Shown here in pieces: positions 32,910-42,745 of a DNA stretch of 64,000 nt. The translations under genes were made by a program, and so were the position numbers. The notes under the pieces were generated by a model. It was not told the DNA's origin. It did no database searches and saw only the letters and a program-made list of their open reading frames with translations. The first letter of the stretch is position 1. Each line of letters opens with the position of its first letter. Origin of the DNA: Ignavibacteria bacterium (GTDB lineage: Bacteria > Bacteroidota > Ignavibacteria > UBA10030); NCBI GenBank assembly GCA_016873805.1, contig VGVZ01000004.1:66864-130863 (forward strand), read 5' to 3'.

Positions 32910-33332
32910 ATGAAAGCAGTATTGCTGGTTGTGTTGTGTGTGATGATGAGCGTCGCTGCGTTCGGCCAGGATAAGAACACCCACACCGTGTCCCTGTCGA
33001 TCGAAGGGATGACGTGCGGAAGCTGCGCAAGCAAAGTCGACAAGGCCCTCAAGGGAGTCGAAGGTGTCAAGGATGTTGCCGTGAGTGTCGAGGACAAATC
33101 CGCCACAATCGTTCTTGCGCAGAACACGGCCGTCTCTGCCGATAACCTCGCAAAGGTTGTCACGGAAGCCGGTTACAAAGCATCCGTGAAGAAATCTGAG
33201 GGGAAGACCGTGAAGAACGAGGTGAAAGTCGAGAAGAAAATGGAGAAGGAAGATGGATGCTGCGGCACTGGAAGCAGCTGCGAAACAGAGAAGAAGGAAG
33301 GCGAAAAGGAAGTGAAGAAGAAGAAGGACTAG
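32910..33332 (+). CDS. Exported heavy-metal-associated (HMA) domain protein
   Basis: Signal peptide, IEGMTCGSC, EAGYKA, K/E-rich tail containing GCCGTGSSC. Confidence 0.88.
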   Translation: MKAVLLVVLCVMMSVAAFGQDKNTHTVSLSIEGMTCGSCASKVDKALKGVEGVKDVAVSVEDKSATIVLAQNTAVSADNLAKVVTEAGYKASVKKSEGKTVKNEVKVEKKMEKEDGCCGTGSSCETEKKEGEKEVKKKKD

Positions 33333-33357
33333 ATCGGACATCAGTTTGCGGAAATTG

Positions 33358-33392
33358 GAATCCCCCTGGCGACTCCCAGGGGGATTTTCTTT
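33358..33392 (+). terminator. Intrinsic terminator
   Basis: AATCCCCCTGG / CCAGGGGGATT stem plus T tract. Confidence 0.75.
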
Positions 33393-33418
33393 CCATGAAT
33401 CAAGAAGGAGATCACGTG

Positions 33419-33742
33419 ATGGGACACATTCCAAAGCGATACCTGAAGTTCAAGGAGGAGTTTCCGGAGGCGGCGAAGTTGTACGAGACTCTCGGAACTG
33501 CCGTGCACGCCGCGGGTCCGCTCGACAACAGAAGCCGCGCACTGGTGAAGTTCGCTATCTCTGTGGGCGCACGGTTGGAGGGGGGAGCACATTCTCATAT
33601 CCGGAAAGCACTTGAAACGGGTGTCAAAGCCGAAGAGCTCAAACATGTTGCTCTCCTGGCGATTCCGACAATCGGTCTCCCGTCGGCTATGGCGGCGATG
33701 AGTTGGATCGACGATATTCTCGAGAGCACACCGAGCCGATAG
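33419..33742 (+). CDS. Carboxymuconolactone decarboxylase (CMD/AhpD-like) family protein
   Basis: GPLD...RALVK, HSHIRKAL..G, IPTIGLP; no CxxC. Confidence 0.85.
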   Translation: MGHIPKRYLKFKEEFPEAAKLYETLGTAVHAAGPLDNRSRALVKFAISVGARLEGGAHSHIRKALETGVKAEELKHVALLAIPTIGLPSAMAAMSWIDDILESTPSR

Positions 33743-33772
33743 ATTGCACGCGACGCAATCAAGACTCCACGT

Positions 33773-34903
33773 ATGCCCTCCTACGATATCAACCAGTACC
33801 GATCGCTCTTTCCCTTCCTTGAAACGGGAAAACGATATTTCAATCATGCTTCCACGTCTCCCCTCTCGACCCGCGTGGTGGCAGCGATGCAGAACTATCT
33901 CCGGGAGAAGAGCATCGGCGATCTCGAGATCATCGACCGCGTGGTGAGACAGATTGTTGAACTGAAATCCGGCATTGCCACCCTTCTTCGTTCTTCGAAC
34001 GATCGCATCGCCCTCCTCGACAATACCTCAAATGGCTTGAATATCATCGCCAATGGATTGTCGTGGAAACACGGGGACCGCATCCTGATCCCGGATGTCG
34101 AATTCCCCGCCAACGTCTATCCCTTTCTGAATCTCCGACGTTTCGGCGTTGAGATAGATTTCCTGAAAACAAAGAGCGGTGCAATTCACGCCGAGGATGT
34201 CGACCGGGCCCTGACATCGCGCACGCGTCTCCTCACATTGAGTCATGTCCAGTTTCTGCATGGATTTCGAGCTGATCTGCAGTCGATCGGAGAAGTATGT
34301 CGCCGGAACGGTGTGGTGTTCTGTGTCGACGCCATTCAGTCTGCAGGAATTGTCCCCATCGATGTGGAAATAATGAAGATCGATTTTCTCGCGTCCGGCG
34401 CACAGAAGTGGCTGATGGCACCGGAGGGGATTTCATTCATCTATGTGTCGGAGGAATGTCAATCGCGCATCCAGCAGGCATACATGGGTTGGATGAATAT
34501 GAAAGACTTCTTCAGCGACTTCTTCCGATATCGGATGGAACTGGAACAGTCGGCTCGACGCTATGAAAACGGGACGCCGAATGTTGCCGGGATTGCAGGA
34601 TTCAACGCCTCGCTGGCGCTTCTCATGGAAGTCGGCGTCGAAAAGATTGAGGCGCACCTCCGGGACCTGACGCATACGATCACAGACCATGTGAGTGCAT
34701 CCGGGTTCGAACTCCTTTCTCCCGCGACAGAGGAGCACAGAGCTGGCATCGTGACGTTTCGTCCGCCTAATGCAAAGGAGTTGTTCGAGCGACTGCGTTC
34801 TCAGCAAATACTTGTCTCGCTCAGGGAAGACGCAATCCGTTTTTCACCACACTTCTACAATACGGTAGAAGACCTCCAGACCGCGCTGAGATATCTCCGC
34901 TAG
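33773..34903 (+). CDS. Class V PLP aminotransferase / cysteine desulfurase-like enzyme
   Basis: YFNHAS, EFPANVYP, VDAIQSAG, GAQKWLMAPEG, RYENGT, RFSPHFYN. Confidence 0.9.
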   Translation: MPSYDINQYRSLFPFLETGKRYFNHASTSPLSTRVVAAMQNYLREKSIGDLEIIDRVVRQIVELKSGIATLLRSSNDRIALLDNTSNGLNIIANGLSWKHGDRILIPDVEFPANVYPFLNLRRFGVEIDFLKTKSGAIHAEDVDRALTSRTRLLTLSHVQFLHGFRADLQSIGEVCRRNGVVFCVDAIQSAGIVPIDVEIMKIDFLASGAQKWLMAPEGISFIYVSEECQSRIQQAYMGWMNMKDFFSDFFRYRMELEQSARRYENGTPNVAGIAGFNASLALLMEVGVEKIEAHLRDLTHTITDHVSASGFELLSPATEEHRAGIVTFRPPNAKELFERLRSQQILVSLREDAIRFSPHFYNTVEDLQTALRYLR

Positions 34904-35172
34904 CACACACCGCCCCTGTCAGAACATACATGATCTACTGACAGGCGGCGTTTCTCTTCGGGTGTCCACCGTTGCACTTCCTCCGCACTCTTCTTACATT
35001 AGCCCATCACGCCAAACGATCGTCAAATCACTGCGGCGGCCGGGCGCATGCCAATCACTTCCCACTCGTGCGCAGAGGTGATGGCGAGATCCAGGGCGCT
35101 CCGCTCTCCGACGGCCGCAGGAGTCTCTCCGAACAAAATACTCATCTATGAACACTTAACAGGGATCATTCC

Positions 35173-36282
35173 ATGGGAAAAGGTAAGATCAAGCGAATCG
35201 CCATCAACACCGGCGGTGGGGATGCTCCGGGTTTGAATGCCGTCATTCGTGCTGTTGTTCTTTCCGCGCTGAAGCGAGGATGGGAGTGCTACGGTATTCG
35301 AGAGGGATATCAGGGTATCATGTTTCCGGAGCGATACCCTGAAGGGGGCGTTTTCCGGTTGACGGGACCTTCGGTGCGCGGGATAACGCATCTGGGAGGA
35401 ACCATACTCGGCACAACGAATCGCGGCAATCCAATGCGATTTCCGATCAAAAATCCGGATGGGACAGTCAAGGAGATTGATCGCACCGATGAACTCATGG
35501 AACTGTTTGCGAGACATGAACTGGACGCGCTCATTGCAGTCGGAGGAGACGGCTCGCTTGCCATCGCGAACGTTTTGCACAAGAAGGGATTGAAGGTCGT
35601 TGGTGTTCCCAAAACGATCGACAACGATCTGGAGAAAACGGTCATCACATTCGGCTTTGACACTGCTGTGTCGTTTGCCACGAGTTGCATCGACCGATTG
35701 AATTCGACCGCAGAGGCACATCAGCGCGTAATGGTTGTGGAAGTGATGGGACGATATGCGGGATGGATTGCGCTCAACGCGGGGATTGCGTCGGCGTCTG
35801 ATGTGATTCTTATCCCGGAAATTCCGTATGATATCAACAAAGTGATCGAAAAGATCCTCGACCGGGAGAAGCGAGGCCGGTTCTTTTCGATTGTTGTTGT
35901 GGCTGAAGGAGCCAGGCCGGTTGGTGGAGGATATTCGGTGATCGAGAAAGAAGCGGGCAAAGCGGAGCGCCTCGGGGGTGCGGGCGAGCAGCTGGCGAAG
36001 CTGATTCAGGACGGATCGGGGAAAGAAACGCGATGTGTTGTCCTCGGTCATCTGCTGAGAGGAGGAAGCCCGACAATGTTTGACCGGTTGCTGTCGATTC
36101 GCTTCGGCGCTGCCGCCGTACGAGCGCTCGAAGAGGGGCAGTCGGGAATCATGGTCGCTCTCGACCCGCCGACGGTCAACTACGTGCCGTTGGAGCAGGC
36201 CACGAAGCGCATGAAGACCGTTCCTCTGGACTGCGATACGATTCTGACAGCCCGCGATCTCGGCATAAGTTTCGGCGACTGA
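35173..36282 (+). CDS. pfkA: 6-phosphofructokinase
   Basis: TGGGDAPGLN, GGTILGT, GGDGS, PKTIDND, VEVMGR, LGHLLRGG. Confidence 0.93.
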   Translation: MGKGKIKRIAINTGGGDAPGLNAVIRAVVLSALKRGWECYGIREGYQGIMFPERYPEGGVFRLTGPSVRGITHLGGTILGTTNRGNPMRFPIKNPDGTVKEIDRTDELMELFARHELDALIAVGGDGSLAIANVLHKKGLKVVGVPKTIDNDLEKTVITFGFDTAVSFATSCIDRLNSTAEAHQRVMVVEVMGRYAGWIALNAGIASASDVILIPEIPYDINKVIEKILDREKRGRFFSIVVVAEGARPVGGGYSVIEKEAGKAERLGGAGEQLAKLIQDGSGKETRCVVLGHLLRGGSPTMFDRLLSIRFGAAAVRALEEGQSGIMVALDPPTVNYVPLEQATKRMKTVPLDCDTILTARDLGISFGD

Positions 36283-36371
36283 CGCGAATGATGATACGCC
36301 AATCGCGTGCACCGAACCGTACAAAGAACATACCAACTCGATTCAATGATTCACAGTGACGGGAGGGAGAC

Positions 36372-37865
36372 ATGAAATATCTCTATGGCCTTCTTATTCC
36401 AATGATTGTTGCAGGGATGTGGGTAGGTACGACAATGAAGGACCGGGATCCACTGCGGACTCCAGCCATCAGTGAACAAACGCAGGAATGTCTGGGATGT
36501 CATGAGAATGTCAGCCCCGGTATCGTGGAAGACTGGCGCACCAGTCGTCATTCGACGACGTCGCCCGCTCAGGGTCTGCAGAAAGCGATGCTTGCACGAC
36601 GGATCTCAAACGAGAATATCCCTGCGAACCTCAAATCGGTCGTCGTCGGGTGCTACGAGTGTCACTCACTCAATCCCGCCGCGCACAAAGACAGTTTCGA
36701 ACACTTCGGATATCCCATCAATGTTATTGTCTCTCCCAACGATTGTGCCACGTGCCATTCGGTGGAGGCCGAGCAATATGCACACAGCAAAAAGGCACAT
36801 GCAGTCGGCAATCTGGAAGAAAATCCTGTCTACCACACATTGGTCGAAACGATCACCGGCGTGAAGGAATTCCATGAGGGGAAGATGACACACCTGAAAC
36901 CGTCGGAGTCGACGAAGAACGAGACGTGTTTTGCGTGTCATGGAACGCGGGTGGAAGTGAAAGGGATGCGAACCGTCGAAACTGATCTCGGACCAATTGA
37001 AGTGCCGAATCTCACCAACTGGCCGAATCAAGGAGTCGGTCGCATCAATCCGGATGGTTCAAGGGGCTCATGTACGGCATGCCATCCCCGTCACAGCTTC
37101 TCCATCGAAATCGCCCGCAAGCCCTACACATGTTCACAATGTCATCTCCAGCCGGATGTTCCTGCATGGGACGTGTACAAAGAAAGCAAACATGGAAACA
37201 TCTTCTTCTCCAAGTATGCGGAGTGGAATTGGAGCACTGTCCCCTGGCGGGTCGGCGTTGATTTCAAAGCGCCGACGTGCGCAACGTGTCACAACAGTCT
37301 ACTCGTCAATTCCGCCGGCGAGGTTGTTGCCGAACGTTCCCATGATTTCGGATCTCGACTCTGGGTGAGGATCTTCGGACTCATCTACACACATCCTCAA
37401 CCGAAAAGCGGAGCCACGTCGATCATCAAGAACAAAGATGGGCTGCCCCTTCCGACGACATTCAAAGGGGAGATTGCGCACCAGTATCTCATCGATGCGC
37501 AGGAGCAGGGGAGGAGGAAAGAGGGGATGATGAAGGTGTGCCGATCGTGTCACAGCAGTTCGTGGACAGGTGGGTTTTTTGCCCGGTTTGACACCACCCT
37601 CGCTGAAACCGATCGGATGATCGCAACGACGACGAAGCTGATGCAGCGGGCATGGGATAACAAGCTCGCCGATCCCAAGAATCCCTTCGATGAAAAGATC
37701 GAGCAAATGTGGATTGCGAATTGGCTGTTCTATGCGAATTCCATTCGGTACGCAGCGGCGATGAGCGGGCCAGACTATGCAACGTTTAAGAACGGGTGGT
37801 GGGATTTGACGAAGAATCTGCAGGACATGAAAGAAGAAATCGACGGGAGGATGAAGAGGAAATAA
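36372..37865 (+). CDS. Octaheme cytochrome c, hydroxylamine oxidoreductase family
   Basis: Eight CxxCH motifs (CLGCH, CYECH, CATCH, CFACH, CTACH, CSQCH, CATCH, CRSCH), YKESKHG, N-terminal signal or anchor. Confidence 0.9.
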   Translation: MKYLYGLLIPMIVAGMWVGTTMKDRDPLRTPAISEQTQECLGCHENVSPGIVEDWRTSRHSTTSPAQGLQKAMLARRISNENIPANLKSVVVGCYECHSLNPAAHKDSFEHFGYPINVIVSPNDCATCHSVEAEQYAHSKKAHAVGNLEENPVYHTLVETITGVKEFHEGKMTHLKPSESTKNETCFACHGTRVEVKGMRTVETDLGPIEVPNLTNWPNQGVGRINPDGSRGSCTACHPRHSFSIEIARKPYTCSQCHLQPDVPAWDVYKESKHGNIFFSKYAEWNWSTVPWRVGVDFKAPTCATCHNSLLVNSAGEVVAERSHDFGSRLWVRIFGLIYTHPQPKSGATSIIKNKDGLPLPTTFKGEIAHQYLIDAQEQGRRKEGMMKVCRSCHSSSWTGGFFARFDTTLAETDRMIATTTKLMQRAWDNKLADPKNPFDEKIEQMWIANWLFYANSIRYAAAMSGPDYATFKNGWWDLTKNLQDMKEEIDGRMKRK

Positions 37866-37921
37866 AAGCAACGGCTTTCTCGATCTTTCCTGTCGGTATG
37901 GGCGAACGATGGCGTGTGCGT

Positions 37922-37974
37922 AAACCTTCCAGAGGTGGATTCGCAAGATTCAAAAGACCTCTGGAAGGTTTTTT
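37922..37974 (+). terminator. Long inverted repeat, probable terminator
   Basis: AAACCTTCCAGAGGT / ACCTCTGGAAGGTTT perfect 15 bp arms plus T tract. Confidence 0.65.
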
Positions 37975-38154
37975 GCACCTATCTCATCCGGGTTTTCGTA
38001 TATTGAGTTGTTTCGCAGATGCAACACGACAATCTTCCCGTAGAGGATCAAACGGGAATGATGTGAATCATCGAGGATTGATGATCACGCCATCCGTGAA
38101 ACGGCAGTTAAGAATCATACAACGCTCCACATTCAGAACAAGGAGGCATCAGTT

Positions 38155-40263
38155 ATGCGTTATGTTTTTTGCCTTTTGATCGTCGTGGGGATTGCAGGGA
38201 TGAGCATGAATGCACAGACGACACAAACAACCGCACAGATCAATCCGTTGCTGATGCAATGGAATACACCGTTTGGGATTCCGCCGTTCGATCAGATCAA
38301 GGATGAGCACTTCCTTCCCGCGGTCGAAGCAGGGATTGCCGAACAGCGGAAAGAGGTAGACATTATCGCAAACAGCACCGAACCCCCGATGTTCGCCAAC
38401 ACAATCGAGGCCCTGGATGCAACGGGGGAGCTTCTGAGCAAGGTGAGCGCGGTATTCGGCAATCTCTCATCGGCGGAGACGAACGACAATCTCCAGGCCA
38501 TCGCCCGTAGAATTACACCCCTCACCTCGGCCCTACGCGATGATATTATGCTCAATGAGAAGCTCTTTGCGCGGGTGAAAGCTGTCTGGGAACAACGCGA
38601 CAAACTGAAGCTCAGGGCCGATCAGATCCGCTTGTTGGAGGAGACATACAAGAATTTTGTCCGAAGCGGAGCTAATCTCACACCTCAGCAAAAGGAGCGG
38701 TTGCGCAAAATCAATGAGGAATCATCTCTGCTCAGTCTGAGGTTCGGCGAGAACCTCCTGAAGGAAACCAACAACTATCGGCTCGTGATCGAGAAGAAGG
38801 AAGATTTGGCTGGATTGCCCGACGGCGTGATCGCTGCCGCAGCGGATGCCGCGAAATCGGCCGGCATGGAAGGGAAATGGGTGTTCACTCTTCACGCACC
38901 GAGCATCTGGCCGTTCATGACCTATGCCGAGAACCGTGATCTCCGTCGGCAGATCTTTACGGCGTACATCATGAGAGGCGACCAAGGCAACGAGAGGGAC
39001 AACAAATCGCTTCTCGTAAAGATTGCCGCGCTGCGCGCCGAGAGAGCAAAACTGCTCGGTTTTCCGACGCACGCCCATTTTGTTCTCGACAATCGCATGG
39101 CAAAGACTCCCGAGAATGTGTACGGCTTGCTGAATCGCCTCTGGCCGGCGGCGCTGAACGTAGCGAAAAAAGAAATCGCCGACATGCAGGCGTTGATCAA
39201 GTCTGAAGGGAAGGAGTTCAAACTCGAACCGTGGGATTGGTGGTTCTACGCCGAAAAGGTGAAGAAGGCGAAATACGATCTCGATGAGAATGTCGTTCGT
39301 GAATACTTTACTCTCGAGAATGTCCGCCAGGGTGCATTCACTGTCGCCACAAAACTGTATGGGGTGAGTTTCGTCGAGCACACGAACCTTCCGAAGTATC
39401 ATTCCGAAGTTCGTGCGTTTGAAGTGAAAGACAAGGATGGCTCTCATCTTGCCCTCTTCCTTGTCGACTACCATCCGCGTGCCGGCAAGCGAAGTGGTGC
39501 GTGGGCAAGCCGGTATCGCAGCCAGCAAATCAGGGAGGGAAAAGATATCCGGCCGATCGTCGTCAATGTGTGCAATTTCACGCGTCCCATACCGGGACAG
39601 CCGGCCCTCCTCCGTCTGGAAGAAGTCGAAACGCTCTTCCATGAATTCGGCCATGCGCTGCATTCCATCTTCTCCCGTATCCACTACCGCGGCATCGCCG
39701 GCGTCCCAACCGATTTTGTTGAACTCCCCTCGCAAATCATGGAGAACTGGGCGCTGGAGCCAGAGGTGCTGAAGATCTACGCGAAGCACTGGCAAACGGG
39801 TGCCGTCATCCCGGATGAATTGATTCGGAAGATCGAAAACGCCGAGAAGTTCAATCAGGGATTCAAAACCGTCGAATACCTTGCCGCATCGTACCTCGAT
39901 CTCGATTGGCACACCTTCACGGAGCCGAAAGAAGTCGATGCCGGTGCGTTCGAGAAGAGTTCGCTGCAAAAGATCGGACTGATGCCGGAAATCGTATCAC
40001 GATATCGGAGTCCGTACTTCCAGCATATCTTCTCCGGAGGATATTCTGCGGGCTACTACAGCTACATCTGGAGCGAGGTGCTCGATTCCGATGCATTCAC
40101 GGCGTTCAAGGAAAAGGGGATATTCGATCAGCCAACGGCAGCGTCATTCCGAAAGAACATTCTCGAAAAGGGGGGAACCGAAGAGGCGATGGAGATGTAT
40201 AAGAAGTTTAGAGGACGAGAACCTTCTGTGGAACCTCTGCTGGAGAAACGCGGTTTGAAGTAG
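38155..40263 (+). CDS. dcp: M3 peptidyl-dipeptidase with signal peptide
   Basis: FHEFGHALH, DFVELPSQ..ENW, GYSAGYYSYIW, FRGREP. Confidence 0.92.
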   Translation: MRYVFCLLIVVGIAGMSMNAQTTQTTAQINPLLMQWNTPFGIPPFDQIKDEHFLPAVEAGIAEQRKEVDIIANSTEPPMFANTIEALDATGELLSKVSAVFGNLSSAETNDNLQAIARRITPLTSALRDDIMLNEKLFARVKAVWEQRDKLKLRADQIRLLEETYKNFVRSGANLTPQQKERLRKINEESSLLSLRFGENLLKETNNYRLVIEKKEDLAGLPDGVIAAAADAAKSAGMEGKWVFTLHAPSIWPFMTYAENRDLRRQIFTAYIMRGDQGNERDNKSLLVKIAALRAERAKLLGFPTHAHFVLDNRMAKTPENVYGLLNRLWPAALNVAKKEIADMQALIKSEGKEFKLEPWDWWFYAEKVKKAKYDLDENVVREYFTLENVRQGAFTVATKLYGVSFVEHTNLPKYHSEVRAFEVKDKDGSHLALFLVDYHPRAGKRSGAWASRYRSQQIREGKDIRPIVVNVCNFTRPIPGQPALLRLEEVETLFHEFGHALHSIFSRIHYRGIAGVPTDFVELPSQIMENWALEPEVLKIYAKHWQTGAVIPDELIRKIENAEKFNQGFKTVEYLAASYLDLDWHTFTEPKEVDAGAFEKSSLQKIGLMPEIVSRYRSPYFQHIFSGGYSAGYYSYIWSEVLDSDAFTAFKEKGIFDQPTAASFRKNILEKGGTEEAMEMYKKFRGREPSVEPLLEKRGLK

Positions 40264-40301
40264 CGCAGTTGATATTCACCGGAGTCGGATTGTGGTGATG
40301 C

Positions 40302-40337
40302 AATCCCCGGGGCCCTGCGGTCTCGGGGATTTTTTTT
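40302..40337 (+). terminator. Intrinsic terminator
   Basis: AATCCCCG..CGGGGATT stem plus T8. Confidence 0.8.
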
Positions 40338-40345
40338 GAGTTACA

Positions 40346-41284
40346 TCACTTCCGGCGTGAACGGGATCGCGGTTTGTCCCCGGGAGGTGATTGGGTCATG
40401 CGAGAGGAACTTTGCCATTCCGCAATCCGGCTCATCGCCAGTTCGATATATTCTCGGCTTGTGTCATATCCAACAAAGCTCCGATCCGAACGGAGTGCCG
40501 CGATGGCTGTTGTGCCGCTTCCCATGAAGGGATCAAGCACGACATCACCGGCAAACGAATAGAGTTGAATCAGACGGTATGGAAGTTCTTCAGGGAACGG
40601 GGCAGGATGCCCCACCTTTTTGGCCGACACCGCGTTCATTGTCCAGATCGACTTGGTCCATTCGAGGAATTGGTCCCGGGATATCGTGTTCGTCTTGTTC
40701 CCAATGGCGCGGGAAAAATCGCCTTTGGAGAAAACGAGGATGTACTCATGGATATCCCGCAGAATGGGATTGGCAGCCGATTGCCAGCTTCCCCATGCTG
40801 TCGAAGGGCTTGCGCTCGCGGCCTTGTTCCAGACGATTTCCCCGCGCATGAGAAATCCGATGTCGATCATGATTCTTGAGATGTAGTCGGAAAGGGGAAT
40901 GTACGGTTTCCGGCCAAGGTTGGCGATGTTGATGCAGGCACGTCCACCATTCACGAGTACGCGAAACGTCTCGGAAAATACGTTTCTGAGGAGCTTCAAA
41001 TACTCCTCCAGGCTGAGATCGTTGTCGTACTCTTTCGTTGCATTGTAGGGGGGAGAGGTGATCATGAGATGGATTGAGCGATCGGGGAGATGACTCATGT
41101 GTTCGGAGCTCGTGTGGATGATCCTGTTTTCGAACTCCTTAGGGATGAGATTCTCTTCCGTCGGGGCAGACTCGGAGACCCGTAGAGCTTCGTACATTCG
41201 TGAATCGTAGAAACGCGAGGAATCATGACTGATTCGCCCTTTCGTTCCAAACGAACTGGTGGATGTACGGCGCTGTCTCTTCAC
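40346..41284 (-). CDS. Beta-class DNA amino-methyltransferase (probably m4C), no adjacent endonuclease
   Basis: ITSPPY precedes VLDPFMGSGTT; HPAPFP. Confidence 0.9.
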   Translation of the reverse strand: MKRQRRTSTSSFGTKGRISHDSSRFYDSRMYEALRVSESAPTEENLIPKEFENRIIHTSSEHMSHLPDRSIHLMITSPPYNATKEYDNDLSLEEYLKLLRNVFSETFRVLVNGGRACINIANLGRKPYIPLSDYISRIMIDIGFLMRGEIVWNKAASASPSTAWGSWQSAANPILRDIHEYILVFSKGDFSRAIGNKTNTISRDQFLEWTKSIWTMNAVSAKKVGHPAPFPEELPYRLIQLYSFAGDVVLDPFMGSGTTAIAALRSDRSFVGYDTSREYIELAMSRIAEWQSSSRMTQSPPGDKPRSRSRRK

Positions 41285-41397
41285 AAGCGTTCTCCCAAGT
41301 GCTCTGCAAAGCTAACGGATTTTCCAGCTTTTCTCAAATCGTGAATAGAAGACTCTTGGGAAGATTCGGTTGGATTGTTGACACACCCGTTCGAAGA

Positions 41398-41440
41398 CAA
41401 AAAGAAAGGGATGGAAGAGTTGAGTTCTCTTCCATCCCTT
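41398..41440 (-). terminator. Intrinsic terminator of the sorting-domain gene
   Basis: AAGGGATGGAAGAG / CTCTTCCATCCCTT perfect 14 bp arms with an A tract on the left. Confidence 0.75.
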
Positions 41441-41482
41441 CATGCAAACTAGGGAGTGCGGGATTCCCCGCCCTCGAGGTGA

Positions 41483-42745
41483 CTATTTCACGAGCACCAT
41501 TGTTCTGTTGGCGACCTTTGATCCGGCCCGGAGTTGGTAGACATAGAGGCCGCTGGGCAGATTGCCGGCTTCGAAGGTAACCGAGTACTTGCCAGCCGAC
41601 TGGTAGCGGTTGACAAGCGTGGAGACTTCCTGTCCGAGCATGTTAAAGACTTTCAGCGTGACTTCAGAGGGAGTCTGGATCTCATAGGTAATTGTGGTGC
41701 TTGGATTGAACGGATTCGGGTAGTTTGGACCGAGAGTTGACTTGTTCTCTGTCTCGAGTTCCGCCAAGTTGCCACCTCGCTCCAGACCGCTGCCTGCAAG
41801 ATAAGCATTGGGGCCGGCGGCAGTCTGAATCGTGCCGAATTCCGTTTCAACCGGATACCAAGTCTCGTACAGATCGAAATTAGCGGCGCCAAAGAAGCCA
41901 ATCCTGTAGCCAACCTGTTGACCCGCGGAGATTGCCATGTCGAAGCTGTCTCCGCTGTTCAGAGGATGAGACATTTCGAAGACAAACGTTGTTGCATCGG
42001 CGCTATAGGCTCCGATTCCATGCTGGTCCGCATCAAACTGGAAGCATGGTACCTTATAAGGAGAAGAATCACAGACACCAGGCGGGAAAGCAGAACCATC
42101 AATGAACGGAAGATCGTTGCCGACATAGACCACGTCATCGTTGCTGGCGAGATCTATTCGCAATGCGACGAGATTCAACGGATCGAAACTGCCGATCGGA
42201 ACTGCAAATGCGAAGTAAATATTATCTGCATCATTCAGGACGTAGAGTGTTCCATCGACTCCTCCACCGAGAAGAGGGAACGTAACACTGCCGGCATTTG
42301 CCCATTCTCCCCCACCTGGAGGAGGATTGATGATGTTGTTCGCGGCCGCGGTCCATTGATCGCCGAGAGCGACAGGCACATCTCCCTTCTTCACAAGCTT
42401 CTTCACCTCTTTGAGGAATTTCTCGATCTCATCCTCGGCCTGTTTCAATTTTCCCTGATCGATGCGCTTAAGTGCGTCTTCGAGGCTTCGGACGAGCAGC
42501 TTCACATCTTTGGCTTTCACCGTCTTGTCGGCAATCCGGGCTTCAACCTCGGTCTGCAGCGCTATGATGGCTGCCGGCGACAAAGGTTCTCCTCCGGGTC
42601 CCCCGCCTTCCAAGACGCCGTCGATTGTAGGTGTGCCCCATCCCGAGAGGATCTGGCCAGATGAAACCGACGCCACCATGAAGACGGCCAACAACACCAA
42701 GGCCAAGCGGTGTCCATTATGTTTCAAAAACTGTTCCCAATACAT
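41483..42745 (-). CDS. Secreted protein with DOMON/CBM9-like domain, helical insert and T9SS-type C-terminal sorting domain
   Basis: Signal peptide, PTIDG...EW, NDADNIYFA, FEMSHPL, NYPNPFNPSTTI...SGLYVYQL. Confidence 0.8.
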   Translation of the reverse strand: MYWEQFLKHNGHRLALVLLAVFMVASVSSGQILSGWGTPTIDGVLEGGGPGGEPLSPAAIIALQTEVEARIADKTVKAKDVKLLVRSLEDALKRIDQGKLKQAEDEIEKFLKEVKKLVKKGDVPVALGDQWTAAANNIINPPPGGGEWANAGSVTFPLLGGGVDGTLYVLNDADNIYFAFAVPIGSFDPLNLVALRIDLASNDDVVYVGNDLPFIDGSAFPPGVCDSSPYKVPCFQFDADQHGIGAYSADATTFVFEMSHPLNSGDSFDMAISAGQQVGYRIGFFGAANFDLYETWYPVETEFGTIQTAAGPNAYLAGSGLERGGNLAELETENKSTLGPNYPNPFNPSTTITYEIQTPSEVTLKVFNMLGQEVSTLVNRYQSAGKYSVTFEAGNLPSGLYVYQLRAGSKVANRTMVLVK

